A DNA stretch of 64,000 nt from NCBI GenBank assembly GCA_951406725.2, contig OX597833.1:47554001-47618000 (forward strand). The letters run 5' to 3'. This DNA is from Octopus vulgaris. Lineage: Eukaryota. A program made the translations under genes and the position numbers. The notes under the pieces are model-generated. The model did no database searches, was not told where the DNA came from, and saw nothing but the letters and a program-made list of their open reading frames with translations. This document shows positions 42,173 to 56,048 of the stretch, in pieces; the first letter of the stretch is position 1; each line of letters starts with the position of its first letter.

Positions 42173-43099
42173 GCAACAATAATAATAATAATATCAAAAA
42201 TATAGAATATCTCAATGTTAGATATTTCTCAATAATATTTACTTGCTAAGGCGGCGAGCTGACAGAAACGTTAGCACACCGGGTGAAGTGCTTAGCGGTA
42301 TTTCATCTGCCACTACGTTCTGAGTTCAAATTCCACCGAGGTCGACTTTGCCTTTCATCCTTTCGGGGTCGATTAAATAAGTATCAGTTACGCACTGGGG
42401 TCGATATAATCGACTTAACCCATTTGTCTGTCCTTGTTTGTCCTCTCTGTGTGTAGCCCCTTGTGGGCAGTAAAGAAATAAGAAACATTAGCACACTGGG
42501 TGAAATGCTTAGCAGTATTTCATCTGTCTTTACGTTCTGAGTTTAAATTCTGCCAAGGTCAACTTTGCCTTTCATCCTTTCAAGGTCGATCTAATCGACT
42601 GCCCCCTACCCCTTGTGCCTAGAGTAGAAAAGAATAATATTTACTTGCTGATCTTTCTGCCTGTCTTCTGATAACGACTTAAAGAAACATTAGCATATTT
42701 AATCAATTATAACCGAAATAACCACAACTGTTTCTAACTTGCACAGTAATAAATAAGTAATTAATAACCTCGTAATTTTAATGTTGTTGACGATGACAGA
42801 GTAAATTATTCTATTTTCTGAAAAATGTACAGAAGTCAAACGCACAACAGAAATACCAAATTTATCAAGTTACCACACTCTATTAATTAAGGTATATCAG
42901 GAAATAATTAAAGAAAATTAAAAGAAACGTGCACTAAATTTAGTTGTGTAATAAATATAATTTAGATCGGTCAGACTATAAATGGTTTGGAAGTCTTGAG
43001 TCTATTAGATGGCAAGTAACGAGTAAGGACCGAAAGTCATAGTTTGCTACCAATGTTGTGTTGTGCGCATGGCCAATGTATTTAACTTTCAAATGGGTC

Positions 43100-43505
43100 T
43101 CTCTTTTACTCTTTTACTTGTTTCAGTCATTTGACTGTGGCCATGCTGGAGCACCGCTTTAGTCGACCAAATCGACCCCAGGACTTATTCTTTGTAAACC
43201 TAGTACTTATTCTATCGGTCTCTTTTGCCGAACCGCTAAGTTATGTGGATGTAAACACACCAGCATCGGTTGTCAAGCGCTGTTGGAGGGACAAACACAG
43301 ACATACAAACATGTGCACACATACATACATATATATACATATATACAAAGGGCTTCTTTCAGCTTCCGTTTACCAAATCCAATCACAAGGCTTTGGTCGG
43401 CCCGAGGCTATAGTAGAAGACACTTGCTCAAGGTGCCATGCAGTGGGACTGAACTCAGAACCATGTGGTTGGGAATTAAGCTTCTTACCACAAAGCCACA
43501 CCCGC
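43100..43505 (-). mobile_element. SINE family A
   Basis: Full match. Confidence 0.85.
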
Positions 43506-44281
43506 GTATATGTACAGGAACAATTTCCTACTGCAAACAGCAACAATTTAAAGTAGATACAAAATGTCAAAACTGAATCCAACTTCTGTAGTTGAATTCC
43601 AGGAAGGAAATCCACTTTAGTGAATTGATTTCGTTCCAGATACATTTTATAAAGACAAAGCCTTCAACAGATGCCTTTATGATAAAATGGGTTATAGAAC
43701 TTACCATATAGGAAGCAAGCAGGCTTATGTGCACACACACACACACACGTACATACATACACACACACACAATCACACACTGATGAACAAAGATATAATG
43801 TGATGGTATCTTTAAATGCTCTATGATTAAGTTGTACACAGAGCCATTATCAAGATTAATCCAAAAGTAATAGCGTTTAATATAGCAGACTTGCCAACGA
43901 CACTGGGGTTTTCCTTTTTTCTTGCAGTCAAAAATGTCAGAGGAAGAACAGCTTTCCATCATCATTTTCAAGGGTGCCGAGACATGTGGAAGGAAATGGT
44001 GAAGTTATTCTCAGACTTTTGAGACCTTGTTTAAATGCTTGCAGAAAAGTGAACTCTGCTCAAGTCCCCCAGGGCAGGTGGTGGTGGTGGTATTAGACCA
44101 AGCAACAAATTATATATTCCACCCAAGAATAGGAACTGTCTCTTTTCTGACACGCTTCTGTCAACCAAATTCCGCTGACAAGTCTTTGGTCAACCGGAAG
44201 CTTTAGTAAAAAGACACTTGTTCAAAATACCACACAGTGGGATAGTCTATGCTTAAAGTTATTATATCTACAAATCATAAT

Positions 44282-44687
44282 CTTTACTCTTTTACTTGTT
44301 TCAGTCATTTGACTGCGGCTATGCTGGAGCACCGCCTTTAATCGAGTAACTCGACCCCGGGACTTATTCTTTGTAAGCCCAGTACTTATTCTATCGGTCT
44401 CTTTTGCCAAACCGCTAAGTGACGGGGACATAAACACACCAGCATCGGTTGTCAAGCAATACTAGGGGGACAAACAGAGACACACAAACACACACGCACA
44501 TATATATATACATATACATATATACGACGGGCTTCTTTCAGTTTCCGTCTACCAAATCCACTCACAAGGCTTTGGTCGGCTCGAGGCTATAGTAGAAAAC
44601 ACTTGCCCAAGGTGCCACGCAGTGGGACTGAACCCGGAACCATGTGGCTGGTAAGCAAGCTACTTACCACACAGCCACTCCTGCGCC
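44282..44687 (-). mobile_element. SINE family A
   Basis: Full match. Confidence 0.9.
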
Positions 44688-44863
44688 ATGTTAATTAAAA
44701 AAAAAGTGCTGATCAAATTTATACATGAACTGGATGTTTTTTAAAAACCAAAAACAAAAGATTTATCCTCACATAAACATGAATGTTCTGTTAAAACAAA
44801 CTATACTGTGACAGATACCACGAGGGTAACTCTCAAATTGGCTTTTGATGCAAAAATGCACTT

Positions 44864-45614
44864 GGTGCAGGAGTGGCTGTGTGGTAAGTAGCTAGGTGTA
44901 GGAGTGGCTGTGTGGTAAGTAGCTAGGTGTAGGAGTGACTGTGTGGTAAGTAGCTTGCTTACCAACCACATGGTTCCGGGTTCAGTCCCACTGTGTGGCA
45001 CCTTGGGCAAGTGTCTTCTGCTATAGCCTCAAGCCGACCAAAGCCTTGTGAGTGGATTTGGTAAACGGAAACTGAAAGAAGTCCATCGTATATATGTATA
45101 TATATGTGTGTGGAGGTGCAATGGCCCAGTGGTTAGGGCAGCGGTTTCGATTCCCGGACCGGGCGTTGAGTTTTTATTGAGTGAAAACACCTAAAGCTCC
45201 ATGAGGCTCCAACAGGGGGTGATAGCGATCCCTGCTGCACTCTTTCGCCACAACCTTCTCTCACTCTTTCTCCTATTGGCCTGCTCACTTAGCCAGCGAG
45301 GTGGTGTCATTTGAAGGCTAAAACAATGCAAAGCGCATTGTGACCAGCGATGTGTAGAAACATATGATAGCCTGGTCAGTCACGGTGATATATATGTATG
45401 TGTGTGTGTATGTTTGTTTGTCTGTGTTTGTCCCCCAGCATTGCTTGACAACCGATGGTGGTGTGTGTACGTCCCCGTAACTTAGCAGTTCGGCAAAAGA
45501 AAACCAATAGAATAAGTACTAGGATTACAAAGAATAAGACCTGGGGTCAATTTGGTCGACTAAAGGCGGTGCTCCAGCATGGCCACAGTCAAATGACTCA
45601 AACAAGTAAAAGAG
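44864..45614 (+). mobile_element. SINE family A with triplicated head and nested family C SINE
   Basis: 31-bp head repeated three times; family C copy at 45109-45390 inside the internal microsatellite. Confidence 0.85.
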
Positions 45615-46409
45615 TATTCTTCATATAAATACGCTCACGTTTATATGCTATTGATGTCTCTCTCTCTCTCAGTCTAACTGTAACCTTTCATCAGTAAGAT
45701 CACCTCCTCCAACACTCCCTCCGCTCTTAAAGGATCTTCATCTTGCAAGTTACTCGGTGACCCTGCCAGTGCTGGTGCCATGTATAAAGCATCCAGTCCA
45801 CATTGTAAAGTGGATGACATTTGGAAGGTCAAAATCCATGCCAAAACTGACCTTGAGTGCATTTTGCACCAAAAGCCAATATGAGAATTTCTTATTTCTT
45901 TACTGCCCACAAAGGGCTAAACACAGAGGGGACAAACAAGGACAGACAAACAGATTAAGTCGATTATATCGACCCCAGTGTGTAACTGGTACTTATTTAA
46001 TCGACCTCGAAAGGATGAAAGGCAAAGTCAACCTCGGCGGAATTTGAACTCAGAACGCAGCGGCAGACGAAATACTTCTAATGTTTCTGCTAGTTCGCCA
46101 CCGTAATGAGAATTTCTCTCACGGTACCTACTGCAGTATAGTTTGTTCTAACACAACATCCACATTTAAGTGGGGATAAATATTACCTCTTGGTATTATT
46201 GCTGTCTCTGTTGCAAATATTTATAAAAGGAAAAAAGTTATTACATGTTTCTGAGAGGAAATTAATATTTTATTTCTGAACAAACTTCAAACATAAAAAT
46301 ATTGATATAGAGAACAAATTCAAAAGCCATTTTATGATTGGTTGTTTGGTAAAGATTGCTTCTCCATTATGCTATAACCATTGATTTACAGATTCTTCTC
46401 TCAGCCTAC

Positions 46410-46581
46410 ACTACTACTACTACTGCTGCTGCTACTACTACTACTACCACTGCTGCTACTACTGTTGCAGCTGCTGCTACTATTACTACTACTACTGCTA
46501 CTACTGTCGCTGCTGCTGCTACTACTACTGCTACTACTACTACTACTGCTACTACTGTCGCTGCTGCTGCTGCTGCTGCTA

Positions 46582-46613
<32 letters not shown>

Positions 46614-46858
46614 ACTACTACTACTACTGTCGCTGCTGCTGCTACTACTACTACTGTCACTGCTGCTGCTACTACTACTACTACTGTCACTGCTGCTGCT
46701 GCTACTACTACTGTCACTGCTGCTGCTGCTACTACTACTACTACTACTACTAGTACTACTACTACTGCTGTTGATGCTACTACTGCTGTTGTTGCTACTG
46801 CTACTGTTGCGGCTGCCACTGCTACTACTACGACTACTACTACAACAACAACAACAAT
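46410..46858. repeat. Compound (CTA)n/(CTG)n trinucleotide repeat
   Basis: Interleaved cta/ctg runs giving spurious Thr/Ala-rich ORFs. Confidence 0.9.
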
Positions 46859-47000
46859 ACCATCTGCTTTATTTCAGCTAACCATCTGCATATTCACTTC
46901 ACTCAGCACACCTTCATTCTCTTCCTCTCACCATCCTCCCAGATTCCACACTAATTGTTGAGGCCATCATTTGTTCCTAGAACTACAATCCTCTAAAATT

Positions 47001-47040
<40 letters not shown>

Positions 47041-47510
47041 CTTACTCCCTCCTGCTCCATTTTTCTTGCAGACTTCAACCAACAAAATCTGCACTCAACA
47101 CCAACCATATCAGTGTCACCCATCTCAAAGACCCCACAAACGTTTTGAGCAAGCACCTACCCTCAACCAATGGAAAATAGCCCAAAAAAAGTCAAATAAT
47201 GATATCTTCATTATATTCAGTATAGTAGTGCTATCTTTTACCATCTATATTTGTTTCAGTCATTAGATTGTGGCCATGCTAGAGCACCAACTTGAAAGAG
47301 TTAATTAAGCAAATCACTCCCAGTGACTTATTTTTAAAGCCTTATTTTTAAAAACTCTGTCAGTCTCTTTTGCTAAACCTGTAAGTTACAAGGACGTAAA
47401 CAAACCAACACCTGCTGTCAAGCATGGTGGGGTACAAACACAGACACAAAAACACACACACACACACACACACATATATACACATATATGTATGTATGTA
47501 TGTATATATA

Positions 47511-47541
<31 letters not shown>

Positions 47542-48036
47542 GTGTATGTATGTATGTATGCATGTGTGTGCATATATATATATCATCATCATCATCATCA
47601 TCGTTTAACGTCCGCTTTCCATGCTAGCATAGGTTGGACGGTTCAACTGGGGTCTGGGAAGCCCGAAGGCTGCACCAGGCCAGTCAGATCTGGCAGTGTT
47701 TCTACAGCTGGATGACCTTCCTAATGCCAACCACTCCATGAGTGTAGTGGGTGCTTTTTATGTGCCACCGACACAGGTGCCAGACGAGGCTGGCGAACGG
47801 CCACGCTTGAATGATGTTTTGGCCGTTCGCCAGCCTTGTTCGCCCCATTTGCCACCCTATATATATATAGGGGGAGAATTCACAAAAAAACAAAAGATGA
47901 AGACAGGTAATGTAGACGACAAACAGATGTATTAGTTTAACACTGAGGAAGTGAAGAAGTCTTTAACGTTTTGAGCCTACGCTCTTCCACAGAAAGAAAC
48001 AAGGAGAGAAAATAAAGAATGTGCAGTGGCTAGCAT

Positions 48037-48101
<65 letters not shown>

Positions 48102-48835
48102 TATGGCAAATGAAAGACAGAAGATGGAATATATGAGAATTTATTACTAATCACAACAATTGTTTCGACACATCTAGCATTGATCCCTCATGAGTGGTTT
48201 ACCAGTAAGCTACCAGGTGTAAACCATTCGTTTTATTATCCATTATATATATATACATATATACAACAGACAACTTTCAGTTTCCATCTACGAAATCCAC
48301 TGACAAGGCTTTGGTCAGCCTGGAGCTATAATAGAAAACACTCATCCAGGATGCCATGCAGTAGTGGAACTGAACCCAGAACCATGTGGTTGGGAAGCAA
48401 ATTTCTTACCACACAGCCATACCTGTACCGCTATACATACATTTTTGCTTTTATATTTTCTTTTACTTTTAGTAAATAGAAGCAATTATTTTATTATCTC
48501 CCAGCTTTTAGTATCTTTCATCTCCAAATATTTACTCTTCACTGCTTGACCTACTTTTGATAAATTGCTATTAAAGCAAAGTTATGATAAATAGCGAGAG
48601 AGGTGTATCTGAATTTACAAGCAAGAAAAAAAAAAGTAATCAATAGAGAAGTAGAGTAATTATTTACTAAAGTGCTAGGATTACTCTCTGTTGTTATTCA
48701 GAGTTTTGGTAATCTTCACTGAATCAAAAAAAAGGGGGGGAAACAAGGAAACTAGATAAGAAACCAAACAATCAAATCAAAATATATTTAGATAAAACAA
48801 AGCGAAAAAAAAGACTTTTGATTCCTAAGAAGTAT

Positions 48836-49001
48836 AGGCGTAGGAGTGGCTGTGTGGTAAGTAGCTAGCTAACGAACCACATGGTTCCAGGTTCAGTCCC
48901 ACTGCGTGGCACCTTGGGCAAGTGTCTTCTACTATAGCCTCGGGCCGACCAAAGCCTTGTGAGTGGATTTGTTATACAGAAACTGAAAGAAGCCCGTCGT
49001 A

Positions 49002-49070
<69 letters not shown>

Positions 49071-49265
49071 TTGTGTCCCTCCCCCCAACATCGCTTGGCA
49101 ACCAATGCTGGTGTATTTACGTCCCCGTAACTTAGCAGTTCAGCAAAAGAGACCGATAGAATAAGTACTAGGCTTACAAAGAATAAGTCGTGGGGTCGAT
49201 TTGCTTGACTAAAAGCAGTGCTCCAGCATGGCCACAGTCAAATGACTGAAACAAGTAAAGAGAGT
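48836..49265 (+). mobile_element. SINE family A
   Basis: Full match. Confidence 0.9.
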
Positions 49266-50139
49266 ATATTTTGTCTAGTTTACAATAAATAAATTACTTT
49301 AGTATTCTAAGAAGAAAAAGTTTATATCAGGTGTACTGCTGTTGTTTGTTCTTTCTTAAGCCATACCTGGCTCATAAGGGCCAGTTTCCAGGTGTCATTG
49401 GCATATAGGTTCCACACCTGGATGGGATGCCGGTCTGTTGCAGGTAAGCTGCTAGATGCAGTAGGAAGGAGTGAGAGAAAGTTATGGCGAAAGAGTCAGC
49501 AGAAGTTTGCCATTATCTTCTGCCGGAGCCACGTGGAGCCTAGGTGTTTCTTATTTCTTTATTGCCCACAAGGGGCTAAACATAGAGGGGACAAAGAAGA
49601 ACAGACAAAGGATTAAGTCAATTACAACGACCCCAGTGCATAACTGGTACTTAATTTATTGACCCCGAAAGGATGAAAGGCAAAGTCGACTTCGGTGGAA
49701 TTTGAACTCAGAACACAAAGACAGATGAAATGCCGCTAAGCATTTTGCCCAGCATGCTAACATTTCTGCCAGCTCACCGCCTTCGTGGAGCTTAGGTGTT
49801 TTGCTCATAAACACACACATCACCTGGCCTGAGATTCGAACCTGTGATCCCTCGACCGCGAGTCCACTGCTCTAACCACTAGGCCATGTGCCTCTACATA
49901 AGGTGTAGGTATGTGGTAAGAAATTTGCTTCCCAACCACATGGTTCCAAGTTCAGTCCCACTGCCCAAGACACTATAATAGAAGACACTTAATAGAAGAT
50001 CCTATAGTACAAGGCACTATAGTAGGAGACATTCCCCCAAAGTGCCACTGCATGACACCATGGGCAAATGTCATCTACAATAGCCCTCGACTGACCAAAG
50101 AAGTCCATTATATATAAGTGCATGTGTGTGTGTGTGTGT

Positions 50140-50215
<76 letters not shown>

Positions 50216-51160
50216 ACGCGCGCATGTGTAAGTGTTTGTCCCCCATCAGACAAGCTGACAAGGTAATAGGGTTGATATAATTAATTAAAAACCTTTGAAA
50301 ACAGCATTCCAACTTGGTCACAGTTCAATGCCTAAACTCAATCAAAGAATAAAAGATTTCATTATATTTCACAGTACGCTGTACCTTCTTGGGTACTAAT
50401 GCACTTTCAGTCAACTCCCAGGGCTAAAAATAGGTCCCTCACTCATGTTGTTGAGTAACCTTAGTTATGTGTGTTTAGGCAGCCTTATAAACCAGAGGAA
50501 GCCAGTTGAACATTTGGGTGCAGCCTAGACATCAAATTGCTAAAGTGTAGCTATTAGCTATTTTATTTTTTATTTGCTTCAATCATTTGATTGTGGTCAT
50601 GCTGGAGCACTACTTTCATAGGTTTAGTGTGGGACTCATTGTTTTGTTTTCTTTTGTTGAGCTGCTAAGTTACAGGGTTATAAACAAACCAACATTGGTT
50701 GTCAAGTGGTGGGGGGACAAACATAAGCATAAAAACACACACACATACACATGAAGATATCATCATCATCATCATCGTTTAACGTCCGTTTTCCATGCTA
50801 GCATGGGTTGGACAGTTTGACTGGGGTCTGGGAAGCCAGGAGGCTGCACCAGGATCCAGTCTGATCTGGCAGTGTTTCTACAGCTGTACCTATTATAATA
50901 TTTTCACATATTTTTGTTCTAGCATCATTTATCTGTTTTCTTTCTAAATCTAGATAAAGAGATACGGTTTAAATATTTCTTAATCCTTATATATTCATTA
51001 ATCCTAGAAGTAGTTGGTAGGTGCATCAAGTAGCTTTATTTGACTCACGTTGCTTAAACATTTAAGATTATGCTTTAGATTTGTTCTTAAAGGTGGTAGA
51101 AACAAAACCATTAGCTAGCTGTTCATGTGCTTTTTAGTGAGGCTACTTGACAAGATCATC

Positions 51161-51358
51161 TTCACCCTTTAGCATTCAAATTACTCTGTCAAATATAATG
51201 TTTATTTATCGACATTGTAGCTTTGAGATTTTTATGACATGATTGCTTTTAGAATGACATTGAAGGGTGAGTGTGAGAGGCCAGAAGTGGAAAGTTTGAA
51301 CATAAGACAGGTAGACTATTTGGGTTGGATATGGGTGGTTTAAATGCTAAAGAGTTAA
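51161..51358. mobile_element. Second TTAA/piggyBac-type MITE family
   Basis: ttcaccctttagcatt...aatgctaaagagttaa; related to 55585-56229 and the mini-copy at 40931-40977. Confidence 0.6.
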
Positions 51359-52522
51359 TCATGTATTATCTTTCAGCTTCGAGACCAGGCTGTATGCCTC
51401 CCGTAGGTAATGTTCCATCTCCAGTTCAAGGCCCCAGAAGGCGAGCCTAAACTGTTCCTTCGGGAAGGAGTCCAACACCCTGAACATATCGACTTCCAAT
51501 CAGACCTCCGTAGTCACCTGCAGAGGCCAATCCAGGTCTCCAGTCCAGGGCACAGGCTCCTCTCTCCGGCCCTCTAGCTTCCTTAAGAAGCTCTGTATTG
51601 CCCCTCGGTGGCACACTTCTCATCAACAAAGTTTCAGGGCATGCCAGCAGTGTACCATCAACCGCTGGCAATGTCCCGTTCTTTTTCTTTTTCTTTTTCT
51701 CCCTTTTGCAATGGGAGGGATGGTACCCCCACTTCATCTGGAGGATCCTCCTCCCCTCCCACAGCTTTAGGGTCGTTCAGTGGGCAACCATTATTGCCCA
51801 CCTTCTTTCTTTTCTTTCCTTTTTTCGAGGAGGTCTCCACCTCCTCGACTGCTTCCATCTCTCCCTCCAATGGGGGAGTGGGGTGCCGCTACTTTTATTA
51901 ACTGCTCCAGGACCTCACCTTGGTCCTGGGGACAGTTCTTTTTAATGTGGCCTGGTTCCAAGCAAAGCTGACACTTGGGGGTGGGAGGCGTCCTTCAAGC
52001 ATCACTGGATACCTAGAACCGGCCATCCTAAAAAAATCTGGAAATACCAAATTTTTGGCTGATTGGGTTCACAGGGTCAAAACAGCTTTTGACCCCTCCC
52101 AATCAGCTGCAGGTAAGATTTTCACATTGAAGAGCTTGGCTTCACTGCCACCCAGAGTATCCTCTATCCACTCAGGTTCTATTCCAGGTGGCAAACCACA
52201 GACCCAAGCCCTCGTCAACTTCCTCCCACAATAAGTGGGAAGGAACAAAATTTTTCTGTCCTCCAAGGGCTTGCTCACAAATTTGTGAGCCTCCTCGGGG
52301 GTGTCAAATAGCAACCATACCGTTGCGTACTTGACCCCCCCCCCCAGAGATGTATTTAATATTTGGCAGATACCCCACCAACTCATTTTCACTCATGGTT
52401 TTTTCAAATATGGTGATGGTGTCGAGCAACTTGGAGTACATCCTCAACACCATCATCTTCTCTTCGAACTCCTTCAACCATTGTTTGGGTGGTACTATTT
52501 CCCATCCCACAATATTGTCCAT
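51359..52522 (-). pseudogene. Decayed Tx1/L1-like non-LTR retrotransposon ORF1 (RRM-like region plus CCHC zinc knuckle)
   Basis: Joined across frameshifts: MDNIVGWEIVPPK...YATVWLLFDTPEEAHKF...TRAWVCGLPPGIEPEWIEDTL...YPVMLEGR/PKCQLCLEPGHIKKNCP (CX2CX4HX4C at 51973-51932), then a K/E-rich stretch; no ORF2 follows. Confidence 0.75.
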
Positions 52523-54881
52523 GTTCTTTGCCAAGTTTTTTTTTTATTTTAAATTAAAAGTAAAAAAAATAGTTCACAATAAAATTCAAACAATGAAGAG
52601 AGAAATCAAAAAAGGGAATCTCAACAAAAAGGAAGGAAGAAAAAAAGTAAACAGTTCAATAACGAAAGTCACAAATAAAGGATAGAAGAAAAGAGAACAA
52701 CAGTAAAAAAAAAACACAGCAAAAAATCTTCTAACCACTCGGTACTCCAGGCCTTATTCAAATTTGAACCTGGAACTCCACAACTTGGAACACAGTTTTT
52801 CACAATAATTGGCCAAAGTTGTATCTTCGTTGAATTCTAAAAACACTATTCACTAAAGTGGACAAATTTTGCAAGCAAATTACGCCCCAACTATTCTCAA
52901 AATTAAGTGAGAAAAACACTATTTACCAAAAGTAAACGACAAGTTTTGGAAGTGGGGGTATGTCCCTGACAATAATTCTCACAATTAAGTAAGAAAAACT
53001 ATACACTCCACTGCAGGCAGACCAGAGTTTAGGATCCAGTGAGGACTTTTTGCTTGTACAAAAATAATTACCGCAAACAACAAACCCCCACTGGACCCAA
53101 AAAACAAGTCTTACCTTACAGTAGAGTCTCCTTCACAATCAATTTTTGTCCACTGCAAGCCAGCGTGACGACTTCAATCAGTGATACGAGCAAACAATAC
53201 TGACAACACGCATGCAAACTTCTTGCTACACAGCCACACTTGCACATATGGGAACTTTATTTGATTATCTTTTTCAACTATAACAAAATAAATTGGGTAA
53301 AAACCCAAACAAACCGTTTTAGTTTTCTATTATATGAAGGACTTGAAAATCATTCATTTTATACTTGTTTTTCTATGCTGTCATTGGTTGGATGGGTATT
53401 AATTTGAGGCAGTATTTTTCTCACTGTCAATCCTTTTCTGTTACACAAAAGAATTTTTAGTCTAAATAATTTAAGAGTACAAAGCCATTAGACACATATG
53501 TTTGTTTACAAGGGACAATAATGTGTTAACACTTTTTTGTCACTGTGCTGATCTCATGAGAGAACTGGACATGACAACTTTCATGCACACACACATGCAT
53601 GCAGACATACACACACATACATATATGCACATATATATATACACACACATATATAAACATATATATACACACACACACACACACATATAAACATATATAT
53701 ATATATACACACACAAACAAACATATATATATATATATATACACATACACACACATATACAGGTACACTCACATAAATACATATACACACATACATATAC
53801 ACAGTGTGTGGGTGTGTGTTTATTAAATTAAAAGTTGACAGTTAACAGAACAACCCATCTCAGGGCAAAACTCAAAGTAGACTATCAATCTGATATAATA
53901 AACATATCAATTTACTCTACACAATGTATTGAGTTCTATATCAGACAAAGTTTGAACTATGTAAAATATATTTTCAGTATCTTTCTTTCACTTGATTTAG
54001 TTATTAGACTGCGACCAAGCTGGGGCACTGCCTTGAAGAATTTTTTATCAACTAAATTAACCCCAGTACTTATATTTTAAAAGCCTGGTACAAATTCTAT
54101 CGGTCTCATTTGTCAAACTGTTAAGTCATGGGGATGTAAACACACCAACACTGGTTGTCAAGCGATGGTGGGTAACAAACACATACACAAACACATGCAC
54201 GCACGCACACACACACACACACACACACCTAAATGCTTCTTTCAATAGAAGATTTTTATAGTACCTCCAACCTCTTTTTCCCTTCTCTCTACAACTAATA
54301 GTGTTAGATCATAAATAATAACAAAAGCACAGAAAACAGTTTTGAAATTTCAGCTACCCATAACAATATATGCCAAACTTGAGATAATATAAACAGCTGT
54401 CCCAGTCAAACTTAAAATTCACACAAACAGATTATTCTTTATTCATGCTTACAAAGAAAGAAAGGAAAACCCAACACCTATAGATATGTATAAAGGTTTG
54501 TGTTTTTGTGTCTCGGTAGTAGTAAACGTGTCAGTGATATAATAATAAAGAATAATAATATTAAAATTAAAGAATGTATAATAAAATTGCATAACCTATT
54601 TTGAGAAAAATTATAGGTTTTTATGACTGGTTTTAAAAATAGGTATTTATATTGTTTATTAATCTTATAAGGCAATTGGTGAAAAATAGCATTGTTGGCT
54701 ATAGTTTTCCATTGGGATGCACGCACTGGTTCATTGCATTTCTGCTGGGAAAAGTGACAGGGGAATATTTGTAACTTGGTGCAGAACAAATATTTCAAGA
54801 ACTTAATTCATCAGAAAACTAGAATTTGATTTATTTAAAGATATGAGATTTTTGTTTAAAGATATTTTTTTTTTCTCTCTA

Positions 54882-55520
54882 GTTTCAGCTCAGAGCTGTG
54901 GCCATGCTGTTGCACCGCCGTTTTGCTACACTGTTATTACTAAGAGCCTCCTCTAAAATGTGGAACTTGGTGGATAATGGAGTTTGATATAGCTACCCTC
55001 ATTTGCACCTCTTGCCGTGAGGTAGGTTCATCTGGGACTCACGACAGGAAGAGGTCCAGCTTTGATTTAAAAACCCCTGCATCTACTCTGTGCAAGTTCC
55101 TCAGACTCTTTGGGAGAATATTAAAAAACTGTGGACCCTTGAAACCCAGGCTGTTGCAGTAACTGGTCCTGAAGTGTGATGACATTGCTGGGATCTTTGG
55201 CACTATGCAGTGTCATCCTATTTTGGCATTGGTGTAGCTTTCAATGCCATAATTTGGCACAATTCCTTCCAGGATCTTCCAGATATATATTACTGCATAC
55301 CTCTCCCGTCTTCTCTCCAGGGAGTAGAGTCTTAGCTGTTTCAACCTTTCCCAGTAGCTGAGCTGTTGCAAAGAAACAATCTTCTTTGTGAATCTTCTCT
55401 GGATTGCTTCAAGGTCCGCTGTTAATTTCACACTGGTGGGTGACCATAGCTGTAAGCAGTAATCCAGGTGGCTGAGGACGAATGTCCACCAGAGGACCAT
55501 CATGGTTTCCTTATCTCGTA
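54882..55520 (-). mobile_element. CR1-clade LINE 3' end (C-terminal RT region and tail)
   Basis: RDKETMMVLWWTFVLSHLDYCLQLWSP...LEAIQRRFTKKI...LSYWERLKQLRLYSLERRRERY is typical of CR1 ORF2; tail ggcggtgcaacagcatggccacagctctgagctgaaac. Confidence 0.9.
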
Positions 55521-55632
55521 TGATAAATTCATAACAATGTGAATAAATATTACATTTGACAGAGTATTCTGAATGGTAAAGGGTTAACTCTTTAATGTTT
55601 AAGCCAGCCATATCAGGCCCAAATATTTTATC

Positions 55633-56048
55633 TCTTTACTCTTTACTCTTTTACTTGTTTCAGTCATTTGACTGTGGCCATGCTGGAGAACCGCCTTTAG
55701 TCGAGCAAATCGACCCCGGGACTTATTCTTTGTAAGCCCAGTACTTATTCTATCGGTCTCTTTTGCTGAACTGCTAAGTTACGGGGACGTAAACACACCA
55801 GCATCGGTTGTCAAGTAATGCTAGGGGGACAAACTCAGACACACAAACACATACACACACATACACATATATATATATATATATACGACAGGCTTCTTTC
55901 AGTTTCCGTCTACCAAATCCACTCACAAGGCATTGGTCGGCCCGGGGCTATAGTAGAAGACACTTGCCCAAGATGCCACGCAGTGGGACTGAACCCGGAA
56001 CCATGTGATTGGTTAGCAAGCTACTTACCACACAGCCACTCCTGCGCC
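55633..56048 (-). mobile_element. SINE family A nested in a TTAA-type MITE
   Basis: Full match; flanks 55585-55630 and 56050-56229 carry ttaactcttt...aggggttaa ends. Confidence 0.85.

Noticed and set aside
46356-46961. Thr/Ala-rich ORF resembling antifreeze glycoprotein or mucin
   Set aside because: Pure CTA/CTG microsatellite open in several frames, no ATG start or AAT periodicity, antisense within an intron.
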